A DNA stretch of 64,000 nucleotides from Chiloscyllium plagiosum (lineage: Eukaryota), in contig NC_057751.1 of the NCBI RefSeq assembly GCF_004010195.1, positions 296,979 through 360,978 of the forward strand, written 5' to 3'. Shown here one piece after another: positions 24,015 through 37,767 of the stretch (its first letter is position 1; each line of letters starts with the position of its first letter). The translations under genes and the position numbers were made by a program. Below the pieces are notes generated by a model. It was not told where the DNA came from. It saw nothing but the letters and a program-made list of their open reading frames with translations, and searched no databases.

Positions 24015-26905
24015 AGAGTCATAGAGTAATACAGCACAGAAACGGACCCTACAGTCCAACTCATCTGCATCGACCAGACAACCCAATTGGACCTAGACCC
24101 ATGTGCCAATATTTGACCAATTTCCATTTAAACCCTTCTTAATCATACGCCCATCTAAAGTCTTTGAAATGTTGGGCTTGTATCAGCGTCCACCATTTCC
24201 TCTGGCAGCTCATTCCGTACATGCACCACCCTCTGTATCAAAAAGTTATCCCTTGAGTCCTTTTTAAATCTTTACCCTCACACCTCTAGTTTTGGACTTC
24301 CCCACCCAAGGAAAAAGACCTTGGCTATTCACCTTATCAATGCCCCTCATGATTTTATTAACCTCTCTAAGGTCACCCCATAGTCTCTGACACTCCAGGG
24401 ATAAAAGCCCCAGCATATTCAGCCTGTCCCAATAGCTCAAACCCTCCAGCCACTGCAACATCCTTGTAAATCTTTTCTGCACCCTCTCAAGCTTAATAAC
24501 ATACTTCCTATAGAAGGGTAACCAGAACTGAACACAGTATTCCAAAAGTGGCCTCAACAATGTACCTGCCTTAGCACCCATTTCACTTTCAAAACCAAAA
24601 CCGCCAGACAAACCAACGGAACACTCATGGGATCTCTGATATCAGGGTTCTTAGCAGAGGCAGTAATGCAGACATTCGAGCAAACAGCTCCGCCAACCAT
24701 TCAACCCAAACTTTGGGTCCGCTACATGGATGACACCTTTGTCATCACTGAATGAAACAAATTAGAGGAAACCTTCAAGGCCATCAATGACACCCCTACT
24801 GGCATAAAATTCACTGAAGAGGAGGAATACAACAACAACAAACTGCCATTCCTAGACGTCGCATTAGAGCAAACAGTCAATGGGGAACTTCAACCCTGTG
24901 TCTCCAGGAAAACAACACATACTGACCAAATACTGAACTACAGAAGCAATCAGCCCAACACCCACAAATGAAGCTGCATTAGGACACTATTTCAATGAGC
25001 CACCACACACTGCAGCACAGAGGAACTATGAAGAGCAGAGGAAAATCACCTATACTGCGTATTCAAAAAGAATAGGTACCCAATGAACACAGTCCACCGA
25101 TTTCTCATCAACAAACTCAAACGTGCAGACAAAATGGTCCAGAAACCCAAGCCACTCTCCCCTACATCAAAGACATCTTGGAAATGACTGCCAGACTACT
25201 CTGACCTCTTGGCGTCATGGTAGCCCACAAACTCACCAGCACACTAAAACAGCAGTGAAATTAACATTAAAGACCCTCTGCAGACAACAAGCCAAACTAC
25301 TGCCATTTACAAAATGCCTTGCAAGGACTGTAACAAACATTACATTGGACAAACAGGCAGAAAACTGGCTACCAGGATACATGAAGATCAACTTGCCACA
25401 AAAAGACGTGACCCATTGTCACTAATATCCTTACATACAGATGAGGAAGGACACCACTTCGACTGGGACAACGCATCCATCCTCGGACAAGCTAAAGAGA
25501 GACACGCACGAGAATTCCTAGAAGCATGGCATTCCAACCGGAACTCTCTCAACAAACACAGTGACTTGGATCCCATTTACCACCCCCTGAGAAAAAAAAC
25601 AGGAAATGATATCACCATAGGAAATTATGTCACCACAGGAAATTACATCACCAATCCAAGGAACCCTAAACACATAAATATAAAGTGGGTCACTAACAAT
25701 AGTGCTTCACCAGAGGCTCACTGATGATGTTACCTAGTATGGTTACAAAATATCCGAAAACGAATCTTCCAGCTCAACAAGCAAACTTACATCCAGAATC
25801 TCAACCTGAGTTACAAATCTTCTCAAAAATGTGCTAATGCCCTGTACAGCCACAACATGACATCCCAACTCCTATACTCAGTGTTATGACCAATGAAGGC
25901 AAGTGTGCCAAACACCTTCTTCACCTGTCTATCTGCAACTCCATTTTCAAGGAACTATGAACCTGCACCCCTACGTCTCTATTCAGCAACACTCTGCAGG
26001 GGCCTACTATTAACTGTATAAATCCTGCTCTGGTTTACCTTAGCAAAATGGAAAACCTCACATTTATCTAAATTAAACTCTATCTGCCACTCCTTGGCCC
26101 ACTGGTCCATCTGATTATGGACCTGTTGTACTCTGAGTTAATCGTTTTCACTATCCATTACAGCACCTATTTTGGTGTCATCTGCAAACTTACTAATAAT
26201 ACTTCTTATATTCACATTCAAATCATTTATAAAATGATCCTTGTGGCACAGCACTGGTCACAGGCCTCCAGTCTGAAAAACAACCCTCCACCACCACCCT
26301 CTGTCTCCTATCCTCAAGCCAATTTTGAATCCGATTGGTTGCTCTCCCTGGATCTCACGTGATCTAACGTTACTAACCAGTCTACCATGTGGAATCTTGT
26401 TGAATGCTTTGCCGACAATGTTGACTGCTCTGTCTTCATTAATCTTCTTTGTCACCTCTTCAAAAACTCAATCCAGTTCGTGAGACATGATTTCACATGC
26501 ACAAAGCAATGCTGATTATCTCTAATGAGTTCTTGTGTTTCCAAATGTATGTTAATCTGATCCCTTAGAATCCCCTCCAACAATTTACCCACCACAGACG
26601 TAAGGCTCGCCGATCTGGCTTTTAATTAGATTTCCTACTGTGCCACCCTGCTGCCCCAAGTTTTCCTTGTAGCCTTTCTTAAATATTGGCACCACACCAG
26701 CCAAACTTATCTTCCAGCACCTCATCTGTGGCTATCAATGATACAAATATCTCAGCAAGGGGGCCAGCAATTTCTTTCCTAGCTTCCCACAAAGTTCTGT
26801 GAAATACATGATCAAATCCTGGGGACTTATCTACCTTTATGTGTTTTAAGACCTCGAGCACCTCCTCTTCTGTAACATGAACTCTTTTCAAGGCATCACT
26901 ATTTA
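24015..26905 (-). mobile_element. CR1/HER1 LINE split by a Penelope insertion
   Basis: LEYCVQFWLPFYRK at 24264-24560 continues after 25836 (aatgccctgtacagccacaacatgac). KSPGFD motif at 26679-26915. Confidence 0.88.
24568..25835 (+). mobile_element. Penelope-like element, 5'-truncated: RT C-terminal part, GIY-YIG endonuclease, terminal repeat
   Basis: Translations WVRYMDDTFV, IYKMPCKDCNKHYIGQTGRKLATRIHE, REFLEAWHS. CTGATGA hammerhead box at 25721-25727. Confidence 0.92.
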
Positions 26906-26919
26906 GCAAAAGCATAAAA

Positions 26920-27600
26920 GCATATTATCGAAAAGGTCAGGGATTGCAGAGCTCTGAGATGCAGAGGGACCTGGGTGTCGTTATGCATGAATTGCAGAAG
27001 GTTATTATGCAGGTACAGCAAGTAATCAGGAATGCTAATAGTCACCATTTACTGTGAGGGGAATTGCTTCAGTTACACAGGGCTTTGGTGAGAATACAAC
27101 TGGAGTACTGCTATTTAATTATGAAGAATATAAAAATTTGGGAAGCTATTCGGAGTAGGTCTAACAGACTATTACCTGGAACGGGTAGGTTATACGAGGA
27201 AAGGTTGGAGAGACTCAGCAGGCACAGTTTAGAACAGCAACTGGGGACTTCAGTGAAAAATACAAGATCCTGAGGAGTTTTGACCAGGTGGACATGGAAA
27301 GGATGTTTCGACTTGTGGGAGAATCTAAAACTAGGGATCAAAGTTTAAAAATAATGGGTCACCCATTTCAGACTGAGAGCAGGAGAAAAGTCTTTCTCAC
27401 AGAGGGTCATGTCGTTCTCTTCTTCAAAAGACACAGCATGGATAGTCTTTGAGTATTTTTAAGGCAGAGATGGGTAGATTCTTGGGTTGAAAGGTTACTG
27501 GGATAAGTGATAATGTGAAGTAATCAGATCAGCCATGATCTTACAAAATGGCAAACTGGCTTGAGGGGTTGAGTGGCCTCCACCTTCTACTCCTTGGTCA
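26920..27600 (+). mobile_element. Degenerate CR1 3' fragment
   Basis: LQLHRALVRIQLEYC and a typical 3' UTR. Confidence 0.8.
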
Positions 27601-28139
27601 AATGTATGTGTGTGTGCAACTCTCTGTGGAGCAATCCTATCTATGCCATTCCCCTGCTCTATCCCTGTATTCCTGTCAATCTTCTTGCTTCAACTTCCTT
27701 TTGAAATCACTGATCATCTCTACTTCCAGCACTTTCAGTAGAGCAACTTCAAGGTGGTGAGCAGACACGGTAGAACCAAGCTCTTCCTCACATTCCCCAT
27801 GCATGTCAGGCCAAAAAGCTTGCAGTAACCCATTTAATTAGATAGGAAATTGGAGCAGGATAGGCCAATCAACCCTTTGAGCCTTCTCCACCATTTAATA
27901 TGATCATGGCTGATTGTCCAACTCAGTATCCTGTTTCTTTTAGCCCTCAGAACTATATCTAACTGCTTCTTGAAAACATTCAATGTTTGGTCCTTGACCA
28001 TTTCCTGTGGCAGAGATTTATGCAGACTCACCATTCTCTGGGTGAAAAGGGACATTTGGAAAGGGTGTTTGGAACAATGACCAAAATGAAGGGTCATTAG
28101 ATAGAGATTCAGTCTTCCCAATTTCTATCTGAAGGACAC

Positions 28140-28680
28140 TTGTGCTCATTCAGGACTGGACTTTGGAGAAATCACCATGGCAATTTAGAAATGTGGAGGA
28201 ATAGAGAGAGCTTGAGGTGAGGAGGAGCTGGGTCTCATCAGTGTATGTGTCAAAAACTAATGCTTTGTTGATGTTGCTGAGGTAATGTGTAGATGGGAAA
28301 AAGAAGGTAGCCAAGTACAGGTTCTTAGGATCACCAGAGAGCACAGAGCAGGTGCAGGAAGAGAAACCACTGCAAGTGGCCCTATGGCTATGATGTGACA
28401 GAGGAGAATGGAACTATGTGAATGTACTCCCAAGTAGTTTACCTGACAGTGGAGCAGTTTCAGAGGAGGATGGTGGACGACTGAATAGAGCATCTGCACA
28501 GCAAACTTTGTATTAACAGCAAGGAAATGGAAAGGAAGCAGGTTTGGAAGGAGGCTGAGATGCCACTCAATGGGAATAAGTAGGTAAATGAGTTGAACAT
28601 GGGAGCATTTGGGATTAAGGAAGTATAATGTGGTAGACAGAAATGGAAAAGCAAAATCACAGGAAACAAAACTAACATTT
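28140..28680 (-). mobile_element. Old L2-like LINE RT fragment
   Basis: YTDETQLLL, a degenerate YADDTQLYL motif. Confidence 0.55.
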
Positions 28681-28879
28681 ATGTGTATTAATAGACACAG
28701 AAATGTTGCAAGATTGGGGAACTGGTGTCATTGGTTAAAACAGAAAACGATGACTTCATCCCAACAGACTGGAGTTTGACAATGTTGGCAACAACTGGAA
28801 ACCTTTGATCGTTAAAAGGCAAAGGAGGAGTCACAGTGTGAAACACAACTCTCTTGATTCACTAACAGTAAAAGCTGCC

Positions 28880-29325
28880 AAACCTCAGTAGGTAGTGCTT
28901 CCATCCAGTCAAGGATAGTTCAGACATCACTCTGGACACTGTCCCATATAGTCCAGGCTGACACTGCGAGTTCACCACTGAGGAGGTGTGCCACTGTCAC
29001 AGAGATATCTATAAAATCTGACAATGAAAAAGTTACATCTGCCCTCTTCACTCCGGTAAATGTAAAATATCACATTACATTATTTTCAAGAGCAGGGGAA
29101 TTCTCCCTGGAGTCCGAAGGTCAATGTCTTTCCCTCGTCCACTATGACTCAAATAGATAATCTGATCACAATCACATTTCTATTTGTGGGAGGTGGCTGT
29201 GCCTGAGGTGTCAGCTGCTGTCTTACATCTCAACAATGGTTACTCAAAATGAACTTTATTAGCAGTAAAGTGTTATCAGACTTCTCGAGATCACAAAGAA
29301 GCATAGTATAAACGCAAGTTTTTTT
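28880..29325 (+). mobile_element. Old DeuSINE/SacSINE1-like SINE
   Basis: aggctgacact..., gagcaggggaattctccctgg, tgtgggaggtggctgtg, ending tataaacgcaagttttttt. Confidence 0.6.
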
Positions 29326-29364
29326 GCAGCTCCTGTCCTAGGGAAGGGTCAGCTCCAGACCCGT

Positions 29365-29545
29365 AATAAAATAAAACAGGAACTGCGGATGCTTGAGATC
29401 TGAAACAAAAACAGAAAATGCTGGAGAAACTCAGCAGGTCTGGCGGCATTTAAAGAGTCACCAGACTCAAAATGTTAACTTAGCTTTCTTCCCACAGATG
29501 CTGCCAGACATGCTGAATTTCTCCAGCAATTTCTGATTTTGTTCC
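29365..29545. mobile_element. Palindromic remnant of a second PLE terminal-repeat family
   Basis: aacagaaaatgctggagaaactcagcaggtctggc ... gccagacatgctgaatttctccagcaatttctg inverted arms. Confidence 0.6.
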
Positions 29546-30089
29546 TGAAACCTGTTTTCTGTCTTCTGCATATTGCAGTATCTCAGCCGTTGAAGACAGT
29601 ATTTACCTCCCTGCCCACAACAATGTACATCCAAACATACAGCTGAAGTGCGCTATTTGACCCTTTGAGCATGTTCTGTCTTTCACTAAGAGATTTGTTA
29701 ACATTCCAAATTCTATCCGAACACATATTGAAGAGGCTGTTTTCCTTGGAGTGGAGAAGGTGAAGAGATTTGAGTGAAAGTTCCAAAACGATGTGGGGAC
29801 TAGACAGTGTCGATAGGAAGAAACTGTGCGAAAGAAACAGAAGCGATGTGAGAAAACGCTTTCACAAAGCAAGTAGTTTGGATTTGGAATGCAGTGTGAT
29901 GGAGACAGGCTAAACTGATACATTGATGAAGATATTGAAATATTATTTGAAAAACAGTATTCAGGATAATTGGTTTTGGCTGACACTGAGTCATGATGTT
30001 CATTCAGACAGCCAGAACAGATATGATGGGCCAAATGGCCTCTTTTTGTGCTGCAACTTCTCTCTAGTTCTATCGAATGCCTGACTGTC

Positions 30090-30800
30090 ATTTTCCAGTC
30101 CTCACTGGATATGAAGAGTTGTGTCAGAAGACTGGACTGCTGCTAATGGTGTATCATCGATTAAAAATGGAGCAAAGGGTAGACAAATAATTAGAGGCCA
30201 GTGAGTGTAACCTCAGTAGTGAACAAATTATTGGAATTAATTCTGACAGACAGGACAAACTATCACTTTAAAAAGCATGTCTGACTAACTGCATTGCTTT
30301 GTTTTGAGGACATGACAAGGAAGACTGATGAGGCTAGTGTAGTTGATTGACATGGAGTTGAGCAAGGCTTTTAACAAAGTCCCAGATGGCAGACTGGTTA
30401 AAACAATAAAAGCCTACAGGATCCAACGGAACATAGCAAGCCGATACCAATTTAGCTCGGTGGCAGGAAACAGAGATGATGGTTGACAGTTGTTATTGTG
30501 CCTGGAAGGCTGTTTAGCAGAAGGTTCTGCAGGGCACAGTACTGTATCTCCTGCTTTTTGTGGCATCTGTTCATGATTTCAGTGTAAATATTGGCGATCG
30601 GGGGGGCACAATAAAGAACTCTGCTGTCAATAGAAAAATTAACCAAATGGTTAATTTGAATAAATGGGAGAATATACAGAGAAGTACAGGAAAACAAGGA
30701 TCATAGAGTGAATGCCCACTGATCCCTGAAGTGAGTAGTTGGTAAGTTAGTGAAGAAGGCACATGGCATTGTAAAGACCACATCATTTTATTTCCTTTAT
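30090..30800 (+). mobile_element. Degenerate CR1 RT fragment
   Basis: gaagactggactgctgctaat, aggccagtgagtgtaacctcagtagtg (RPVSxTSVV), caaggcttttaacaaagtccc. Confidence 0.75.
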
Positions 30801-31019
30801 TCCTGGACAGCGGACTGATAAACAGAATGATACTGTTTTAAACCAAGGAAACTGTGCAAAGAGATGGCTTCAGTTTGAAAAAACATGTTTACTGGAGCAC
30901 ACTGTGAGTTGTATATCATGTATTTTTCCTGGAATAGCGAGAGCAAAAGCAGATACCAGGGAGCTGATTGGTTTGGAACTAAAGGCAATCCACTTGACAA
31001 CAATGTTCCAATTGGTTCC

Positions 31020-33070
31020 TGTGTTGAGAGTTTGGTGCTGGAAAAGCACAGCAGGTCAGGCAGCATCCGAGGAGCAGGTGAATCAATGTTGCAGGCCTAC
31101 GCCCTTCCTCAGGCTTGTGGGTCGGGGCTAAGAGATAAATGGGTAGGAGAGGGGTGGGGTTAGGGGGAGGTAGCTGGGAAAGTGATAGGTGGATGAAGGT
31201 GAAGGAGAAGGTGATAGGCCAGAGGGGGCAGTGATGGACGGTTCCGGAGGGCAGTGCCGAGTTGGAGGCTGGGACTGGGATAACGGGGGGGTGGAATTGA
31301 GGAAGCTGTTGAAATCCATAATTATCCTGTGTGGTTGCAAGGTTCCAATTTGAGGCGTTCCTTCTCCAGGCGTCAGGTGCTAACAGTTCGGCGGTGGAGG
31401 AGGCCCAGGACTTGCATGTCCTTGACGGAGTGGATGGGAAGTTGAAGTGTTCAGCCACGGGGCAGTGGGGTTGGTGGGTGTGGGTGTCCCAGAGATATTC
31501 TCTGAAACGATATGCAAGAAGGCTTCCTGTCTTCCTACTGTAGCCGGAGACCACACCGGGTGCAACGGATGCAGTAGATGACATTGGTAAAGGTACAGTT
31601 GAATTTCTGATGGATGTGGAAGGTTCCCTTGCGGCCTTGGACGGAGGTGAGGGGAGTGGTGTGGGTACAGGTTTTGCACTTCCTGCGGTGGCAGGGAAAA
31701 GTGCCAGGAGTGGGGTATGGGCTGGTGGGGATCTAACGAGGGAGATGTGGAGGGAATGGGCTTTTCGGAACGCTGATAGGGGTGGGGAGTGAAATAGATC
31801 TCTGGTGGTGGGGTCCGTTTGGAGATAGCGGAAGTGGCGGAGGATATGCGTTGTATGTGGAGGTTGGTGGGGTGGAAGACGAGGATTGGGGGGGCGTTCT
31901 GTCTTTGTTGCATTGGGAGGGGTGGGGTTCAAGGGTGGTGGTCCGTGAAGTGGAGGAGATGCATTGGAGGGAATCATCAACCACTTAGGAAGTGGAGTTG
32001 CGAACGTGGAAGAAGGAGGCCATCTGGGACTTTCTGAGGTGGAACTGGTCATCCTGGAAACAGATGCCGCAGAGGCGGAGGAATTAGGAATACTAGATGG
32101 TGTTTTTATAGGAGGTAGGGTCGGATGAGGTGTAGTCTAGGTAGCTGTGGGAGTCGATGGGCTTGTCGTTTATGTCTGTGGTTAGTCAGTCGTCAGAGAT
32201 GGTAATGGAGAGGTAATGGAGATGGTAATGGAAAGGGAAGGGAGGTTGCCGAGATGGTCCAGGTGAATTTGAGGTCGGAGTAGAAGGTGTCGGTAAAGTT
32301 GATGAACTGTTCAACCTCCTTGTGGGAGCACACGAGGCAGCGCCAATACAGTCATCGACGTAGTGGGGGAACAGGTGGGGGGTGGTGCCGGTGTAACTGC
32401 GGAAGATGGACTGTTCCACATATCCGACAAACAGGCAGGCACAGTTGGGTCCCATGCAAGTGCCCATGGCTACCCCTTTGGTTTGGAGGAAGTGGGAGGA
32501 TTGGAAGGAGAAGTTGTTAAGGTTGAGGACCAGTTCAGCCAGACGGATGAGGGTGTCGGTGGAAGGGTATTAGTTGGGATGGTATGAGAGGAAGAATGGA
32601 GAGCTTGGAGACCTTTGTCATGGCAGATCAATGTGTAAAGGGACTGGATGTCCATGGTGAAGATGAGGCATTGGGGGCCAGGGAAATGAAAATCCTAATG
32701 GAAGTGAAGGGCATGAGTGGTGTCACGAATGTAGGGGAGTTCGTGGACTAAGGGGGAACAGGACGGTGTTGAGGTAAGAAGAGATGAATTTGGTGGGACA
32801 GGTGCAGGCTGAGACAATGGGCCGACCGGGGCAGTCAGGTTTGTGAATCTTAGGAAGAAAGTAAAATCGTGCAGTATGGAGTTCACGAACAATGAGGTTG
32901 GAGGCTGTGGATGGGAGATCCCCAATGGTGATGAGGTTGTGGATGGTCTGGGAGATGATGGTTTGGTGATGGGAGGTGAGGTCGTGATGAAGGGGGCAGT
33001 AAGAGGAGGTGTCTGCGAGTTGGCGCCTGGCTTCCAATTTGTTCCTGTCCAGGTGACCATGGCTTGTGTG
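31020..33070 (-). mobile_element. Penelope-like element (RT + GIY-YIG + terminal repeat), frameshifted
   Basis: ARFYFLPKIHKPDCPGRPIVSAC, MGTCMGPNCACLFVGYVE, HYVDDCIG, RFREYL...VAEHFN. Its terminal repeat at 31020-31110 is the same family as the mini-insertions. Confidence 0.93.
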
Positions 33071-35499
33071 GGGTTCTCTACAAAGAGAAGATATCAAACT
33101 CTTTCACTGTCTCTTCCTCTTGTGTGCAGGTACATCAAAGACTCCAACTATAGGCAGCTATCTTTCAGTCAGCTTTTGCAAAAAATCTACTGTTCAATGA
33201 GGAATAAGAAGCTTCTAAACACAGAAAGGACAAATTCTCAACCAGTGAGATAACTGACGTGCAAACAAGCTTGCGTCAACAGCAAAGAACTAAGAAATAA
33301 ATTCCTTGAATCCTGTGGTCCAGACAGGTGCTATCGAACTGTGTTTCCCTGAATTACACCCTTCATCTCCTCATTTTATTTGCCTTTAAATGTCTGTCTG
33401 ATTGTGATAGGAGATGGGAATTTAAAGAGGGATAGGGTCTGTATAGTTATAAGATAACAATTCACATTTCCTGAATGCTGCTGGATAACTTAAATTGTTC
33501 ATAAGTTATTTTCTCAAGGACAGAAACTTGTTAAGTATTTTCTTTTAACCTGGGCTCATCAGTTAAGTAAATTGTGAACTTTGGATAGCTTGAGTAAATC
33601 TTTCACATTTTGAATCCAAAAATAGTGAGACTTGATTTCCAGCACATGATCCAAGTGAGACATGACAGATCCTTTCCTTCATTAGCAGAGGTATAAAACA
33701 TAAGGAGGAGTGCATGCTGTTCGGGTCATCTCAATACAGAATGGAGGAAACTGCATGAAAAAGGGTGCAAAGGAGATTTACGCGAATGTTGCCTGGACTG
33801 GAAAGATCCAGGCATGGAGAAATATACATTGGTTGGGGTTATTCCAATTAGACAGAATTAGGAGTAGGGTAGATGGTCGGAGTAGAAGCAGAAATTTTCA
33901 ACTCGGTTCAAAAGGTTGCTGGGTTTGCACCGCCGGCACTGTAACCTTCAGAGCTACAGAGCAAATGATGGATACTGGGGTTGGATTGGCGGTTCATTTC
34001 TTGACTGGCGCAGATATGATGGTCCTAATGGCCTCTTCCTGTGCTGTAAACTTTCTATGATAATGTATAGGTGCGAGTGGTGACATGAAGGACATCTCAG
34101 TCTTAAATGTGTAACCAAAGATCAGCCTGTGAGCAGAAGAGAGCTGGAGCTTTTACTCAGGGAATGAAGTTTATTTGGGGGCACTACCAGGGAAGTGCTG
34201 CGTTGATCGTCAGTGCTGAGGGAGTGCTACACTGTTGAAGGGGCAGCACCATGGCAGCGTTGCACTGTTTGAGGTGCTAAATTTAAATGCACATCCCATC
34301 ATAGCCTCTCAGGGTGATGCACAAAGGTCCCATAACATTATTGGAAGAATAGTGTTGCTCTTCCTATTGCCTTCGCTCCTAATAAACCAGAAACCATTAT
34401 GCCTTCTGAAGGCAGAGATACAGATCCCTCAGATCCAGGCCTTACTACCACTCCTGTCTGGTGCAACTGTGGCCCTCACACACTGCCCAGGAGTGCAGAA
34501 GGGTAGTCAGAGGGGATAGAAATTGGCACAGGTCTTCAGTGATACTGCAGGGTATGGGTACAGCCAACTGTCAGCTTCACCGTGACACAGCTCGCTTATC
34601 TTCTGCCACAGATTTTCCAAATGCACAGGAATCACAAAGAATAACAGTCCAAAGCTTCCTCTTGGAGTCTCAACCTTCAGCTTCAGAGTCTAGATGTTGT
34701 CACAGGGCCCAGGTCCTGTGCTTCAATCCTTTTGACTTCATCCATATCTTTCTTAACCTTTTTTAAAATCCTTTACTGCTCTTACCAAATTTCCAGTTCA
34801 GAAGCTGCACATCCTTTATAATAGGGGCAGCAAGAGCAGAGAAAATACAGGCTGTGAAACGTGAAGCACTGAAGGCAGTAGAAAAAGACAAGTTTAAAAC
34901 AGAGGATGCCACTTAGAACACAGCATGCAGAGTGGAAAACCTAGACGGCGCACTGTATAGAAGTGGGCTGTAGCCAAACAAACTCTGCACAGCAAGCCCC
35001 CGCAAACAGCAATGTGAAAATAAGCAAACAATGTGTTTTGCCTGATTGCGTTGACAGTTTGTTAATGGAGATCTCTCCACTATTCCTGACAGAATGCCAT
35101 AGGAGCTTTTATATTAATCTGAACAGGCAGACAGGGCCTCAGTTTCACATCTCATCAAAAGAAAGTGAAACATGGGTATGTCACAGAATCTATACCTGCA
35201 CTACCGAGGGACTGTGTGCAATTTGAAAAAAGCAAGTATCTCCAGCCTCGTGACGTGCTTGAATATATCGTGAGAGCTGGCAGTGACCACTTTAATGTCA
35301 GCGTTATCCAAAGCAGCTGTAGTTTGAAAGCTTGTGGCGAAGATCAGTAGAATTCCAGACTGGTCGCATCTGGTTTCTTTAGGAGGACAACGCACTCTGC
35401 TGGTCATCCACACAACCACATGAAAAATCATTGTCATCTTAATTACGAGCGCTTGGTGAGGTGGGGCGAGAGGTGTTTTTATTTTGCTAATTCTATCTG

Positions 35500-36720
35500 T
35501 CAGCCTCCGAGGTACAGGAAGTTATGACAGGGCAGCTTGACTCTGTGGAATGCCCATCAAGGGGAATTGTGAACACTTCACGTGACTTAGCTGAACACGT
35601 GGAAGTACTTTCACCAGCTGCAGAAATTTGAGCTTCAGCCTTCAAAGCCGGGGTGGTGGTGAGAATCACTGGAGTGCATCCAAATGCTGAATGTTACCTA
35701 GTTAGCACATTCAGCGAGGTGGCTACACTGCAGGTTAGGGGCATGGGTTAAAGTAATGACCAACCACCAGGAAGTCCAAGAGAACCAGGTATGTAATGGA
35801 GTCCTGCTCATGACTCAGTTTTCCATTCCAGATACTCATGAGGGTAAGAATTCATCAAAGGAATGTAGCAAGAGCCAAGCCTGTGGCATCATGAGAAGGA
35901 AAGGAAGAAACGTGAAAGAGGAATAGTCAAGGGATTTGGTGAGGGAGGATAGACAGAAATCCTTTTGGCAGCAAATGTAACTCCAGAATGATATGCTACC
36001 TCCTGGGGCCAGACTCAAGACTGTCACAGAGCAATTGCAGGACACTCTATATGGTCATTATTGTCTTTGTTGGTATCTATAACACAAAGTAATGTGGTCC
36101 TGCAGTCAGAATGGAGAGCACTCAGAAGAAATTTAGCAAGCAGAACCTTAAAAGGAGTGATGTCTGGATTACTGTCAGTGTCATGCTCCAACAAGTACAA
36201 AAATAGGAGGATGAGATTGTGTGGCTGGATGGATGGTACAGGAGGGAGGGTTTCAAATTCCTTGGTCTGGCTCTGGGGAGATGCCACCTGAGCAAGCGAT
36301 CTGAACAGCGCCAGGTCTGAGATCTGTGTGGGTTATTTTGCTAGTTCTGCTGGCAAGGGTTTAAACTGGTTTGAAAGGGCTGTGAAAAACAAGAGAAATG
36401 TTAGCAAGTAATAATAGGGTGTGTACAAATGCCAGGAGAAGCAGACAGCATGAGACAGAATATTAATTTGATAGGCAGAGTCAAAGTAAGGAAGAAAGTC
36501 GTGAAATCTAAATTAAGGTTAAACTGCATGTCCGTGCATACATAGGGTATAGTCAATAAGAGCGGGGAGTTACAGGAGCAGACTGCCTTGTAAAATTATG
36601 ATGTTGTCACAATAACAAAGCTGGCTGCAGAAAGGGGTGCACTGAGTGTTAAGTATTCCTGGTTGCAGGGAGCTCAGGAAAGGAAGGGAAGAGGAAGGGT
36701 CACGATCTCGGTAAGGGAAG
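35500..36720 (+). mobile_element. Very degenerate CR1 5' region (ORF1 esterase-like and start of endonuclease)
   Basis: Similar to 63400-64000 (cctcctggggccag, VMSGLLSV, LCGWM); tatgatgttgtcacaataaca resembles YDVVAITE. Confidence 0.55.
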
Positions 36721-37767
36721 GATATAAATGAACAAATCTGTATGCAATTTTACAGAGAGTTCCAAGCATTGTACAGTACTTAGGAAGGAGGAAGTTAATT
36801 TCCCAAATATCAAATGGAACAGTGGACATGTCAAGGGCAGTGGGGGACAAGCAAGCCTCGTGAAGCTCACTTGGAGAGCTAGTGCAGATATGATGGGCTG
36901 AATGGCCTCGTTGCACATGGTAGTAATTCTGAGATTTCAATCCTGCCTTGAGAATTCCCACCATCTCCAGCTCAGAATTCTTGACTTGATCTTTCAAGAA
37001 GATGTATTCTGCTGGATGTGGGCAAACCCTGTGCTGCTGAATCATGATCCTGGGAGCCCATTAATGCTCCAACTCATTGATCATCATCTTGCAATCCCCT
37101 TCCAGTATTTCACAACATTCTCCAAGACAACCAGTGTTTAAAAACACATTACATGGGACAGTGGGACAAAGCTTTACTGTAGAACCTTGCAGCAGTTCAT
37201 CAACACAACTGTCCATAATGCAGCACTCCCTCACAACTGCTCCTGTGACAATACCTCAGAACAGCTCCTCTAAGGATCATCTGCAAATTCAGAAATATGA
37301 CATTTGATCCCCTCCTCAAATCACTGTGAATAACTGGGACCCCAACTACTGATCCTTATGGTACCCGACTGGTCCCAGCCTGCCAACATGAAAATTACTC
37401 ATTTACTCCTCCTTTCTGTTTTCTGCCTACAAGCCAGTTATTCATCTATACCAGTAATTACCTTTAATTGATGAGCTTTCATTCTTCTAACTAGCCTCCT
37501 ATGGAGGATTGTAGAAAAACTTTCTGTAAATCTATGTATACCACATACAAGAGCTCTCCTGTATCAATATTGTTTGTAACATCTTCAAAAACGCTCTAAC
37601 AAGTTGACCAAACATTATTCCCTATTCGTACACCCATATTCACTATGTCCAATCAGATCATTACCAATCGGATGTGCATCTTTCCCATTCTTTTATAACT
37701 GATTTGAATATTTATCCAATTCCTGGTGCAAGATTAACAAGTCTGTAGTTACCTGTTTTCTCTTGTA

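Noticed and set aside
30979..32052. 357-aa ORF, the longest in the track
   Set aside because: Mostly an off-frame reading of a frameshifted Penelope element; RT and endonuclease motifs are scattered over several frames.
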